38,938 nt of DNA from a virus. Taxonomy: Duplodnaviria > Caudoviricetes. Both the position numbers and the translations under genes were made by a program. The notes under the pieces are model-generated. The model had not been told where the DNA came from and did no database searches. It saw nothing but the letters and a program-made list of their open reading frames with translations. Positions 17,910-26,485 of this stretch are shown piece after piece (position 1 is the first letter of the stretch; the number at the start of each line of letters is the position of its first letter). Location of the stretch: positions 1 to 38,938 of the IMG/VR virus record IMGVR_UViG_3300044738_000035; one strand, given 5' to 3'.

Positions 17910-18362
17910 ATGATATCCACAAATCAGATTCACGACAACACTGTCGAGCGAGCGCGCTCTCTTAACTCGCCCGTCCGCTTCGACGGCGCGGCCTTCGTCA
18001 TGGCGTCGGCCACCCGCCCCGAACTCCTCAGTCATCACCGCGTCGAGTTCGATTCGACGTCCGAGCCTTCCTCCTTCTCCTGCACCTGCGAAGCCCACGA
18101 GTACGGCAGCCCGTGCTGGGCCGCGGCGCGCGCTCTCGACGTCCTACTTCTTCTCGCGGCCAACGGCGTCACGCTCGCGGCCGGGGAGGTCGGGGCCGGA
18201 ACGGGGGAACCGGCCCCGACAACAGACCTCGACGTCGCGACGGCGCGCTTCGAGTGCAAGCGCGTGTTCAAGGTCGAGCCGGAAGGGAACCCCGAGGCCG
18301 TGCTCGTCGCGCCGATTCGGAAAGTGGGGAAGGTCGAGCGCGTGAGGGGGTTTCAGATATGA
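17910..18362 (+). CDS. SWIM-type zinc-finger protein
   Basis: CTCEAHEYGSPCWAA resembles SWIM CxC...CxH, but the terminal His is missing. Confidence 0.55.
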   Translation: MISTNQIHDNTVERARSLNSPVRFDGAAFVMASATRPELLSHHRVEFDSTSEPSSFSCTCEAHEYGSPCWAAARALDVLLLLAANGVTLAAGEVGAGTGEPAPTTDLDVATARFECKRVFKVEPEGNPEAVLVAPIRKVGKVERVRGFQI

Positions 18363-18472
18363 ATTGCCCAAGATGCGGACACGAGATGAGCAAAGGCGCG
18401 CCGCATTCCGAGGGCGACGCCTATCAGTGGGAATGCCATAGCTGCGGCAAGGTTGTGCCGGTTTCGAGATAA
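18359..18472 (+). CDS. 37-aa zinc-ribbon protein
   Basis: ATGA overlap. MNCPRCGHEM...WECHSCG. Confidence 0.65.
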   Translation: MNCPRCGHEMSKGAPHSEGDAYQWECHSCGKVVPVSR

Positions 18473-18483
18473 GGAGGTTCACC

Positions 18484-19008
18484 GTGGGTAGAAGACCGAT
18501 TCCAGTTGACGCCGCGCACCTCGAACAGCTTGCGCGCTCGCAGCCGACGCAGCTCGCCATCGCGCTCGAACTCGGCATGTCGCAGAAGACGCTCTGCGAC
18601 CGACTCTTCACGCACCCCGACCTGCGCAGGGCGTACGAGCGCGGCCGCTCGGAGCGCGCCGCAGCGGGCGAAGGCCGCAAGCCTTTCGCCCACACCACGC
18701 GCGAACGCGAAGCGGCACCTCCGCCGGAGCCGGCCGTCGAGAAGTTGCGCTTCACCGGCACGCCGACCGAGCGCGTGCTCGCGGCGCTGGAGCAGGGCGG
18801 CGGCCGAACCTACGGCGAGCTGATGAACGAGACCGGGCTCGACTGGCATCAGCTCGTCGAGACGGTCAACCGGCTGATGATTCGCCGGCGCGTCGTAGCA
18901 GTCGAGGTGGGCGGCAAGCGCAGGCACTTCCTCGACGGCTCCGTGCCCGTCGCCCCGGCGGTCTACGAAGACCACGACGACGCCGACGCGATGGAGGCGA
19001 ATTACTAG
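18484..19008 (+). CDS. Two-HTH DNA-binding protein
   Basis: AAGGAGG RBS. QLAIALELGMSQKTL HTH plus a C-terminal winged helix. Confidence 0.7.
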   Translation: MGRRPIPVDAAHLEQLARSQPTQLAIALELGMSQKTLCDRLFTHPDLRRAYERGRSERAAAGEGRKPFAHTTREREAAPPPEPAVEKLRFTGTPTERVLAALEQGGGRTYGELMNETGLDWHQLVETVNRLMIRRRVVAVEVGGKRRHFLDGSVPVAPAVYEDHDDADAMEANY

Positions 19009-19011
19009 GCC

Positions 19012-19209
19012 GTGGAAGACGAACAGAGACAGTTCATCAACTCGCGCCTGTGGTCACTCGCGCTCGTCGAGGAGATCGCGCGCGCGGACGGCGACCCGGC
19101 CGAGCTGCTCGGGATGATTCGCGACACGCTCGGCGTCGTCAGGCCGGGCGAGGAGGAGGCGGGCGATGCCACAAGAGAAGTCGGGCGCGTTGAATCTGCG
19201 GCGGCGTGA
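19012..19209 (+). CDS. Hypothetical protein
   Basis: Tightly packed in the early operon. Confidence 0.5.
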   Translation: MEDEQRQFINSRLWSLALVEEIARADGDPAELLGMIRDTLGVVRPGEEEAGDATREVGRVESAAA

Positions 19210-19426
19210 GCCGGGCGCGGAGGAATTCGTCTCGCGCCAGGAGGAGAAGCTCCGCCTGGCCGTGAGCGGGCGCGCGTGGGTCGAAGGGGAGGGCGGCGTC
19301 TTCTGGGCCAACGCCATCCGGCACGCCCGCCCCGGACAGTTTCATTTGGTGATGGCCGTGATGCAGGCGGCCAGGACGAAGGGCGCGCAGGTGGCAAGAC
19401 CTGCGCGCCCTCTATTAACAGCGTGA
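19166..19426 (+). CDS. Hypothetical protein
   Basis: GGAGG RBS upstream, operon context. Confidence 0.5.
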   Translation: MPQEKSGALNLRRREPGAEEFVSRQEEKLRLAVSGRAWVEGEGGVFWANAIRHARPGQFHLVMAVMQAARTKGAQVARPARPLLTA

Positions 19427-19445
19427 ACGAAGGAGAGGATACCAC

Positions 19446-20360
19446 ATGACGCAAGGGCTACAGACAATTCCCGCCGGGCAGACGCTCGCGGTCTCCGAGT
19501 GGGAGGCGATGAAGGAGCAGGCCGGCATGCTCGTCAAGACGGGCTTCCTGCCTCCGTCGATCAAGACGGCCGAGCAGGCGGTCGCGATCATCATGACGGG
19601 GCGCGAGCTGAACATCCCGCCGATGGCCGCGCTCAACAACATCAACGTCATCCAGGGGAAGCCCACCATCTCGCCGCAGTTGATGCTCGCGCTCATCAAC
19701 CGCTCGCGCCAGCTCGAAAACTTGGAGGTCGTCACCGGCGCCGAGGGCGCCATCGTCACGATGAAGCGGCGGGGGCGCGCGCCCTACGTCGCACGCTTCG
19801 GCCCCGAAGAGGCGAAGAAGATGGGGCTCGCGGGGAAGGACAACTACAGCAAGCAGGCGGGGACGATGTATCAGTGGCGCGCCGTGGCGATGGCCGCGCG
19901 CACCGTCTTCCCCGACGACATCCTCGGCCTCTTCACGCCCGAGGAGATGGGCGCGACGACCAGCGTCAGCGACACGGCCGAGATGATTGTTGAGGACTTA
20001 CCCGTCGCGCGCGCCGTCGAGCACAACTTCGTCGAGGGCGAGTTGGTCGAGGCCGACGATGCCGAAGATCATCCCGTGACCCTGAAGGCGCGCGTGCACG
20101 AACTCTGCGGCCTGCTGAATAAGGCCGGCTACCAGCCGAAGTGGTCGGACGTGACGCTGAAGGCTTTCGTCAAGGAGTGGTACATGGCCGAGAGCCTCGA
20201 CGCGATGTCCGTGCGCGACCTGAAGAAGCTCGTCGCCGACTTCGAGAAGAAGCTCGCGGCGCTTCAGTCCGAGGATGACGCCGAGCGCAGCCTCGCGGGC
20301 TCGCGCGCGAAGAGTGCCGTCAGCCGCGCGGCAGAGGCGCAGGAAGGGGGGCAGGGCTGA
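19446..20360 (+). CDS. RecT/Red-beta-like single-strand annealing protein
   Basis: GRELNIPPMAALNNINVIQGKPTIS and MYQWRAVAMAARTVFPDDILGLFTPEEM motifs. Confidence 0.75.
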   Translation: MTQGLQTIPAGQTLAVSEWEAMKEQAGMLVKTGFLPPSIKTAEQAVAIIMTGRELNIPPMAALNNINVIQGKPTISPQLMLALINRSRQLENLEVVTGAEGAIVTMKRRGRAPYVARFGPEEAKKMGLAGKDNYSKQAGTMYQWRAVAMAARTVFPDDILGLFTPEEMGATTSVSDTAEMIVEDLPVARAVEHNFVEGELVEADDAEDHPVTLKARVHELCGLLNKAGYQPKWSDVTLKAFVKEWYMAESLDAMSVRDLKKLVADFEKKLAALQSEDDAERSLAGSRAKSAVSRAAEAQEGGQG

Positions 20361-21457
20361 TGGTCACACCCTTCACCTCCACGAAACCGAAACCGGCCAG
20401 CGGGCAGCCGACGAACGTGGCCATCCGCGACCAGCGCGACGCGCTGAAGGCCGACGGCTGGAAGTTCCGCGACTACGCCGACGGGCGCTGGATGGGGACG
20501 CATAAGGCGCGCGGGCTGAAGACGGCCAAGCACGACAGCATGGTCGAGGTCATCTACGAGGCCGCCCGGCTGGCCGAGACGCCCGTCGCCGAGGCTGTCG
20601 AGGCTGGCACCCCCGCCGCAGAGAGAGAGCTTGAGGAGCTGCGCGAGGTGTACGGCGAGGCCGGCAGCCACGCCGAAGCCAACGAGGGCAGTGCATACGA
20701 GGGGCAGGACGTCGCGGCGCTCCTGGAGGCCACTGAGCGCGAGCAGCGGGGGCGCTGGGAGGCGCTCGGCCAGATTGAAGAGAACCTCAAGCACGGCCAC
20801 GGCAAGCGGCGCACGAAGGAGCTTGAGAAGGAGAGGGGCAATCTCCTCTCTCTCTACGAGGGAACCTACTCGGAGGTCGCCGACGCGAGCGGCCACGAGG
20901 CAGCCGAGCAGATGCGCGAGCGCGTCGAGACTGAACACCGCCCCGACGACGTGCCCGCGTCGGCCGACCCCGCCACATCCGGCGATGACTCCGGAGCTGC
21001 TATCACCGCCGCCGACGGCGATGTCGTCGAGCACACCCCTGCACCCGACGCTGCATCCGCCGAGCCGAGTCTGAAGGACAAACTCGTCGAGCGCCACAAC
21101 GGCAACGTCTCCGAGCCGCGCACCTTCCGCGAGACCGTCGAGGTCAAGTTCAACGACCACGACATCGCCGAGCGGGCGCGCACCCTCTCGCTCCTGCGCG
21201 TCCAGATCGAGGAGCTGACCGCCGAGATGCAGAAGACGGTCAAGGGGTACAAGGACAAGCTCGCGGGACTCGAAGAGCAGTGCGCGGAGCTGTTCAGGGC
21301 CATCCGCCGCGGGCACGACGAGCTGGAGCTGGAGGTCTACGAGCGCCGCGACTACGACCGGCACACGGTCGAGCTGCGGCGCTTCGACACCTGCGAACTC
21401 ATCTCGGAGCGACCGATGCGGCCGACCGAGATGCAGCCGCCGCTGCCGTCAATCTAG
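20360..21457 (+). CDS. Hypothetical phage protein (coiled-coil C-terminal domain)
   Basis: Coupled to the upstream gene. Its linker carries two copies of the dispersed palindrome. Confidence 0.7.
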   Translation: MVTPFTSTKPKPASGQPTNVAIRDQRDALKADGWKFRDYADGRWMGTHKARGLKTAKHDSMVEVIYEAARLAETPVAEAVEAGTPAAERELEELREVYGEAGSHAEANEGSAYEGQDVAALLEATEREQRGRWEALGQIEENLKHGHGKRRTKELEKERGNLLSLYEGTYSEVADASGHEAAEQMRERVETEHRPDDVPASADPATSGDDSGAAITAADGDVVEHTPAPDAASAEPSLKDKLVERHNGNVSEPRTFRETVEVKFNDHDIAERARTLSLLRVQIEELTAEMQKTVKGYKDKLAGLEEQCAELFRAIRRGHDELELEVYERRDYDRHTVELRRFDTCELISERPMRPTEMQPPLPSI

Positions 21458-21467
21458 GAGGCCGGCC

Positions 21468-21566
21468 GTGGACGCTCAGACACAGAACTCGGTGTTTCAA
21501 ATACTCGTCGTCGTCTTCCTCGGGCTCATCGTGGTCTTACTGCTCAGGATGAACGACAGGCTCTAA
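21468..21566 (+). CDS. 32-aa single-TM membrane peptide (not in ORF track)
   Basis: AGGAGG RBS, GTG start, MDAQTQNSVFQILVVVFLGLIVVLLLRMNDRL. It fills the gap exactly. Confidence 0.65.
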   Translation: MDAQTQNSVFQILVVVFLGLIVVLLLRMNDRL

Positions 21567-21576
21567 GGAGGTGCTT

Positions 21577-21837
21577 ATGCTGACGTGCAGGCGCTGCCCG
21601 GCGCCGATCATCTTCGCGCAACAGAACCCGACGACGAGCAACCCTCGTCCGTCGAACAACCCTTTGAACGCACAGCCACACCCCGACGGCAATCTCCGCC
21701 TTAACCGTCAGACGATGCGCTACGACGTGCTGACGGGGCAGACGCTCGTCGAGGCGAAGCTGAAGGGAGAGAAGCTCTACCTGTCTCACTTCGTCAACTG
21801 CCCGAACCGTCAGGAGTTCAAGAGGGCGCGGGCTTAA
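21577..21837 (+). CDS. Zn-binding phage protein
   Basis: CRRCPAPI...PHPDGN...YLSHFVNCP, AAGGAGG RBS. Confidence 0.7.
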   Translation: MLTCRRCPAPIIFAQQNPTTSNPRPSNNPLNAQPHPDGNLRLNRQTMRYDVLTGQTLVEAKLKGEKLYLSHFVNCPNRQEFKRARA

Positions 21838-21843
21838 CAGAGC

Positions 21844-21871
21844 GGTGGGGCGTGGCGGCGCCCCGCCTTTT
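21844..21871 (+). terminator. Rho-independent terminator
   Basis: GGTGGGGCG-loop-CGCCCCGCC followed by TTTT. Confidence 0.65.
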
Positions 21872-21883
21872 CATTCAATAACA

Positions 21884-22525
21884 ATGATTGTTAGCAAGCT
21901 GTCAGACCTTCCTAAAGAGTACGCCTGCAAGCTCTGCGGCGCGACGAAACCCGTGGCCGAGATGGTTGTTCGGCGACGGCGCGAGCTGAACGGCTTCTGC
22001 CTCCAGCCCCGTTGCAAGGAGTGCCACAACGCGCGCGAGCGCGGTCACCGGCGTGAGTACAAGCGCAAATACCTTCAACGCTGGAGGAAGAAAAACGCGG
22101 CGGTCGCCAAGTCTTACTGGAAAGACCATCCCGAATACTTGGAGCGCAGCCGTGAGAGCGCGGCGCGCTACGTCGAGAAACATCGAGACGCGCTGGCCAT
22201 CCGCCGGCGGCTGAAGTCTCGCGGCATCGAGGTCAGCGTCGCCGAGGCCGAGGAGCTGCTGAAGCAGTATGGCCGCTGCTACCCGACGCGCTTCGGCCTC
22301 ACGCCGGAAGGGCTGAAAGAGTGCGAGCGCATCCGGTCGAGGATGCGCCAGCGCGGCGGCAAGGTTCTGTCATCCGTCGAGATTCGCATCATGGTCTACG
22401 AGGACGGCCACTACATCACGCCGAGCCGTCAGCCCAAGCCATATCAGAAGGCGGCCGCACGGTTACGTGAGTGGCGGAGCGGCCAGTCATCGCCGTCGCT
22501 GACGAGCGGCGCCGGCACTTCTTAA
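21884..22525 (+). CDS. Basic zinc-finger protein (CxxC...CxxC)
   Basis: CKLC...CKEC followed by a long Arg/Lys helix. No HNH motif seen. Confidence 0.65.
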   Translation: MIVSKLSDLPKEYACKLCGATKPVAEMVVRRRRELNGFCLQPRCKECHNARERGHRREYKRKYLQRWRKKNAAVAKSYWKDHPEYLERSRESAARYVEKHRDALAIRRRLKSRGIEVSVAEAEELLKQYGRCYPTRFGLTPEGLKECERIRSRMRQRGGKVLSSVEIRIMVYEDGHYITPSRQPKPYQKAAARLREWRSGQSSPSLTSGAGTS

Positions 22526-22534
22526 GGAGGACTT

Positions 22535-22756
22535 ATGCCAATCGACATCAAAGACCTCGACGACCTCTTCACCTATCACCCGCCCGACGACTCGCAGCGC
22601 GTGGCCTACGAGCGCATCCGACAGGGCGCGCACGAGTTCTCCTTCATCCTGCTTCAGAACACGCCGCCGAGCGCCGACCAGACGGCCGCCATCCGCAAGC
22701 TGCGCGAGTGCGTGATGACGGCCAACGCGGCGGTCGCGCTGAAGGGCAAGTTCTGA
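22535..22756 (+). CDS. Acb2/Tad1-like helical-hairpin protein (candidate anti-defence nucleotide sponge)
   Basis: FTYHPP...Q...YERIR...P...AAIRKLRECVMTANAAVA pattern, recalled from the Acb2/Tad1 hairpin family. AAGGAGG RBS. Confidence 0.65.
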   Translation: MPIDIKDLDDLFTYHPPDDSQRVAYERIRQGAHEFSFILLQNTPPSADQTAAIRKLRECVMTANAAVALKGKF

Positions 22757-22801
22757 ATCGGCAATTAACCCCGAAATAATTCGCGACTAATTCAACCTCG
22801 A

Positions 22802-23647
22802 ATGTACGTCCCAGACGACGCGAAACAGAGACGGCGACTCGACAGGCTCACCTCGGCCGAGTGGTACGTCTACGAGGCGCACTGCGAAAGGCGCATGGCG
22901 AAGACCGGCCTCAGTGACGCCACGAACGCGGAGATCGCCGAGCGCGAGCACCTCGCCCTGAAGACCGTCCAGAACGCGATGTCGAAGTTGCGCAAACTAG
23001 GATGGCTCCAGGTCGAGGAGGGGGGCGTCCGGCTCCTCGTCGGGGACTTCCACCCGGTAGATAAGAAGCACGCGAAGGCTTCCCTGAGCAGGGAACCGGA
23101 GGCCGAATCCATTCCCTATACAGGGAACCTCTTTCCCGATATGGGGAACGACCTTCCCTGTACAGGGAATGAGCTTCCTTGTACAGGGAACGATGCATAT
23201 ATAGGAACGCGCGCGCGTTCTGACCAGCCTTTACCAGCCACCAGCACACACACACCAGCACCGGCGAGCGCGCCCCCGGCGGACGAGGCGCCTGCGGCGC
23301 GTGTGTGTGTGCTCTCGTTCGAAGACTACCTCGGCTACGCGCAGAGCGAGCCGGGCTTCACGAACCCGCCGGCGTGGGCGATGAAGCACTTCGCGCTGCG
23401 CGACGCCGACCCGCTCGTCGCCGGGTGGAAGGGGCGGCGCGAGCTGGTGCTCGAAGGGCGCGCGCCCGTGGAGACGCAGCTCACGCCGTACCACGTCGCG
23501 GCGCAGACGGTCGCGTCGGTCGCGCAGTTGCCGGGCTACGACGTGGCGGGCTACATCGAGCAGATGCAGGAGGTTAGCGAGGAGACCAGGGCGAAGCTGC
23601 GCCGCACGTTCCTGGTGGCCCCGGCGCGCGCGCACGCCCCGCCGTGA
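22802..23647 (+). CDS. Replication initiator (lambda O-like organisation)
   Basis: N-terminal wHTH (NAEIAEREHLALKTVQNAMSKLRKLGWL) and internal iteron-encoded repeats. Confidence 0.8.
   Translation: MYVPDDAKQRRRLDRLTSAEWYVYEAHCERRMAKTGLSDATNAEIAEREHLALKTVQNAMSKLRKLGWLQVEEGGVRLLVGDFHPVDKKHAKASLSREPEAESIPYTGNLFPDMGNDLPCTGNELPCTGNDAYIGTRARSDQPLPATSTHTPAPASAPPADEAPAARVCVLSFEDYLGYAQSEPGFTNPPAWAMKHFALRDADPLVAGWKGRRELVLEGRAPVETQLTPYHVAAQTVASVAQLPGYDVAGYIEQMQEVSEETRAKLRRTFLVAPARAHAPP
23112..23190. repeat. Origin iterons: four 16-bp palindromes at a 21-bp period
   Basis: TTCCCTATACAGGGAA 23112, TTCCCGATATGGGGAA 23133, TTCCCTGTACAGGGAA 23154, TTCCTTGTACAGGGAA 23175. Confidence 0.88.
23243..23313. repeat. 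13-bp inverted repeat downstream of the iterons
   Basis: AGCACACACACAC 23243-23255 / GTGTGTGTGTGCT 23301-23313. Confidence 0.75.
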
Positions 23648-23712
23648 AGGGCGGCCGGACTGTAAACCGTGAACCGTAACTTGGACGGAATTTGACGGGA
23701 AGGGACGAAGAG

Positions 23713-24153
23713 ATGACCGATAGCACCCGCTCTTACGCCGCGCGCACGAAGGTTTCGCCAGACAAATCGCGCGACGAGATACGTCGCCTCGTCACAGGCT
23801 ACGGGGCCGAGCGTTTCGCCACGCTAGACGAGCCGGGCCGCGCCGTCGTCTTGTTCGAGGCGCACGACCGCCGCGTCCGGTTCGTCCTGCCGCTGCCCGA
23901 CCCGAGTACGGCGCGCAGCAAGGCGGCGCACGAGCAGGCCCTCCGCCAGAGGTGGCGCGCGCTCACGCTCGCCATCAAGGCGAAACTCGAATCGGTGCAG
24001 TCGCGGATCGAAACTTTCGAAGAAGCCTTCTACGCGCACGTCGTCATGCCGAACGGTGCGACTGTGTACGAGCAGACGCACGAGCAGCTCGCGCGGCAAC
24101 TCGCCGAGGGTGGCTATCAGCCGTTGATGTTGGGCGCCGGGGGTGAGCGATGA
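23713..24153 (+). CDS. Conserved hypothetical phage protein
   Basis: YAARTKVSPDKSRDEI...QRWRALTLAIKAKLE...FEEAFYAHVVMPNG. Confidence 0.7.
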   Translation: MTDSTRSYAARTKVSPDKSRDEIRRLVTGYGAERFATLDEPGRAVVLFEAHDRRVRFVLPLPDPSTARSKAAHEQALRQRWRALTLAIKAKLESVQSRIETFEEAFYAHVVMPNGATVYEQTHEQLARQLAEGGYQPLMLGAGGER

Positions 24154-24596
24154 AACGACACGAGGCGAGAGGCGTTGCGCACAAAATAGTCGCGGAGTGG
24201 CTGCGCACCCCGCCCGACAGCGTCTGCGTCCGCGAGGGAAATCTGACTGCGCACCAGACGATCCTCTCCGACCGCATCGCCGAGGAACTGCTCAGGACTC
24301 ACATCGCCGCCCTGCCGCCCCTGAAGCTCCGTGTGTTTAAGAGACATACGAAGGACTGTGAGGCCGTGCGCGAGTGTATAGCGGGGCGGTGGACAACGCC
24401 GTGGTACTTCGACGCCGACGAGACGGTCTACGCCGATGCCCGAGGCTACAAGAGCAAGCACGGCAGGCACAGGTGGCTGCGCCTGCGTTGTAACAGCAAC
24501 AACTGCAATGCCGAGGTCTGGGCGCGCGCCCTGGAACTCGAAGAGGAGGTAGAGAAGGTTCTGCGACGCGCGAATGAGAACGGAGGCCGCGGGTGA
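24150..24596 (+). CDS. Hypothetical protein
   Basis: ATGA-coupled. H-x3-C and C-x4-C motifs. Confidence 0.6.
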   Translation: MKRHEARGVAHKIVAEWLRTPPDSVCVREGNLTAHQTILSDRIAEELLRTHIAALPPLKLRVFKRHTKDCEAVRECIAGRWTTPWYFDADETVYADARGYKSKHGRHRWLRLRCNSNNCNAEVWARALELEEEVEKVLRRANENGGRG

Positions 24597-24700
24597 AAGA
24601 CAACTGGATGATCGTCGCCGCGCTCGTCTTCGCGTTCGTCGTCTTCACCGTCTCGGTCATCCGCGACAACGGCGGCCTCCGGCGCGGGGGGCGAAGATGA
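24593..24700 (+). CDS. 35-aa single-TM peptide (not in ORF track)
   Basis: GTGA/ATGA coupling on both sides, GGAGG RBS, MKDNWMIVAALVFAFVVFTVSVIRDNGGLRRGGRR. Confidence 0.65.
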   Translation: MKDNWMIVAALVFAFVVFTVSVIRDNGGLRRGGRR

Positions 24701-24963
24701 GATTCAACCCCGTGCTCGCGCTCGCGGCCGCCTTCGGCTTTGGCTACACCGGCGGGGGCGGCTACGACCCGCTCGACACCCGCGTCGAGCGCGCGGCGGC
24801 CGCGAGACAGAACCGGGCGGCGCGCGCCGAGGGGCGCTACTACGCCGAGACGGTCGCGCCGCTCTACGTCGCCCCCGTCTACGTCACACCGCGCGTCGAG
24901 TTCGTCATCGTCGCGCCGATCTGTTTCAAGCTCAGGCGCGGAGTCCTTCACCGCCGCCGATGA
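24697..24963 (+). CDS. Hypothetical protein
   Basis: ATGA-coupled start at 24697 with a hydrophobic N-terminus. Confidence 0.5.
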   Translation: MRFNPVLALAAAFGFGYTGGGGYDPLDTRVERAAAARQNRAARAEGRYYAETVAPLYVAPVYVTPRVEFVIVAPICFKLRRGVLHRRR

Positions 24964-24996
24964 CGATGTCCGCGGACATCGCTGTAACTGACGAGG
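24949..24996. repeat. Two copies of the dispersed palindrome
   Basis: CACCGCCG-CCGA-TGACGATG 24949-24968 and CATCGCTG-TAAC-TGACGAGG 24977-24996. Confidence 0.7.
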
Positions 24997-25005
24997 CACC
25001 CAGGT

Positions 25006-25227
25006 ATGAGCCGACAAGTTGAAGACAAATCGAGACCCGTCCCGCCCTACCTGTCGTTCGACACCGGGCAGGTCAAGCCGTACACGGAGGCGGCCTTCTA
25101 CATGAACGACCACGGTCTGAACACGGCGGGCTGGGGTTACTGCCCCGCGCATCGCGGCTATCACACCTGGTTGATGGGTCGGCTTCTGGGCTGCGTCCCG
25201 TCGCCGCGCAGGGAATTCTTGAACTGA
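25006..25227 (+). CDS. Hypothetical protein
   Basis: GAGG RBS, operon context. Confidence 0.55.
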   Translation: MSRQVEDKSRPVPPYLSFDTGQVKPYTEAAFYMNDHGLNTAGWGYCPAHRGYHTWLMGRLLGCVPSPRREFLN

Positions 25228-25230
25228 CGC

Positions 25231-25515
25231 ATGAAGCGAAGCGAGCACAAATGCGCGGCCTGTAATAGCCCATGCAAAAGCGAGTATCCATTCTGCGCGG
25301 CATGCTGGCGATGGGTGCCGAAGGATTTGAAGCAGCCGGTTCGCGACGCGCTCGCGCTGCGCGGCACGCCCGACCTCGACCGCTCGGCGCTCTACTACGC
25401 GGTTACGAATGCCGCGGCCTCAGTGCCGTCATTCGTTGACACGCCCGGCGCTCAGCGTTGGGAGCGGTTATGGAAGAAGGCGGGATTGCCTGAGCTGGAG
25501 GTCGTAGGGAGATGA
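25231..25515 (+). CDS. Zinc-finger protein
   Basis: CAAC...FCAACWRWVP. Confidence 0.65.
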   Translation: MKRSEHKCAACNSPCKSEYPFCAACWRWVPKDLKQPVRDALALRGTPDLDRSALYYAVTNAAASVPSFVDTPGAQRWERLWKKAGLPELEVVGR

Positions 25516-26252
25516 CCTACCCAGGCGGAAAGAACGGCGCGGGCGTCTACCAGCAGCTCATCAACCTGATGCCGCCCCATCACACCTACGTCGAGCCCTT
25601 CCTCGGCGGCGGCGCCATCCTCCGCCTGAAGAAGCCCGCGCGACTCAACATCGGCATAGACGTTGACGCCGACGTCGTCGCGCGCTTCCGATCGACGACA
25701 CCGCCGGAACTGGCGAGTCCGCCGGCGGCATCGCTGAAGCTGATGGTGGGCTCCGGAATCGAGTTCCTGAAGTCGCACCCCTGGCGCGGCGGCGAGCTGG
25801 TCTACTGCGACCCGCCATACTTACGCTCCGCGATAAGTACCTCGCGCCCCTTCTACCGCCACACGATGACCGACGCCGAGCACGCCGACCTCCTGCGCAC
25901 GCTCCGGCGCCTACCGCCGGGAGTGATGGTGATGCTCTCCGGCTATCACTCGGAGATGTACGCGCGCGCTCTCTCGCGCTGGCGGCTGCACACCTTCGAG
26001 GCCGTGAAGAGGAGCGGGCGCAAGGGCGTCGAGCACGTCTGGATGAACTACCCCGAGCCGCTCGCGCTTCACGACTACCGCTATCTGGGACGGGACTTCC
26101 GCGAGCGCGAGCGCATCACGAGGAAGAAGCGGCGCTGGCGGAAGAAGTTGGAGGGCATGCCCGCGCTTGAGAGGTACGCGATTCTTTCGGAGATCGAGGA
26201 GCTGGGCGAGCTCACCGCCGGGGGCGGCGATGTCGGCCGAGTGAGGTTATGA
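25512..26252 (+). CDS. DNA N6-adenine methyltransferase (Dam/D12 class) with basic C-terminal extension
   Basis: YPGGK, YVEPFLGGGA (motif I), YCDPPY (motif IV), MLSGY, EHVWMNY. Confidence 0.9.
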   Translation: MTYPGGKNGAGVYQQLINLMPPHHTYVEPFLGGGAILRLKKPARLNIGIDVDADVVARFRSTTPPELASPPAASLKLMVGSGIEFLKSHPWRGGELVYCDPPYLRSAISTSRPFYRHTMTDAEHADLLRTLRRLPPGVMVMLSGYHSEMYARALSRWRLHTFEAVKRSGRKGVEHVWMNYPEPLALHDYRYLGRDFRERERITRKKRRWRKKLEGMPALERYAILSEIEELGELTAGGGDVGRVRL

Positions 26253-26485
26253 GATTCTGGCGACTGAGAGACGACCACGGCGACCCGCTCTATATTGACC
26301 CGGCGGAGATCGCCGTCGTCTACCTCTCGGGCCGTGACGAAGATGCGGGCGCGGAGGCCGGTCAGGTGCGCGTGCTCCTGAAGACCTCCGCGACCTACTT
26401 CTCCCTCGACGACGCCAGCGGGCTCCAGGTGCTCGAATACTTCGAGCGCACGAGCGCCGCGCCGGGCGAGTCGGAGTCGCCTTAA
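26249..26485 (+). CDS. Small hypothetical protein
   Basis: ATGA-coupled. LYIDPAEIAVV motif. Confidence 0.6.
   Translation: MRFWRLRDDHGDPLYIDPAEIAVVYLSGRDEDAGAEAGQVRVLLKTSATYFSLDDASGLQVLEYFERTSAAPGESESP

Noticed and set aside
21884-22525. HNH or endonuclease VII homing nuclease
   Set aside because: It has the zinc finger and basic helix but no recognisable HNH or EndoVII catalytic motif.
22771-22800. Fifth CCGAAAATCAA promoter upstream of the initiator gene
   Set aside because: Only CCGAAATAATT, with no TAnnnT at the conserved spacing.
25512-26485. Restriction-modification pair
   Set aside because: No adjacent ORF shows nuclease motifs, so the MTase appears solitary.
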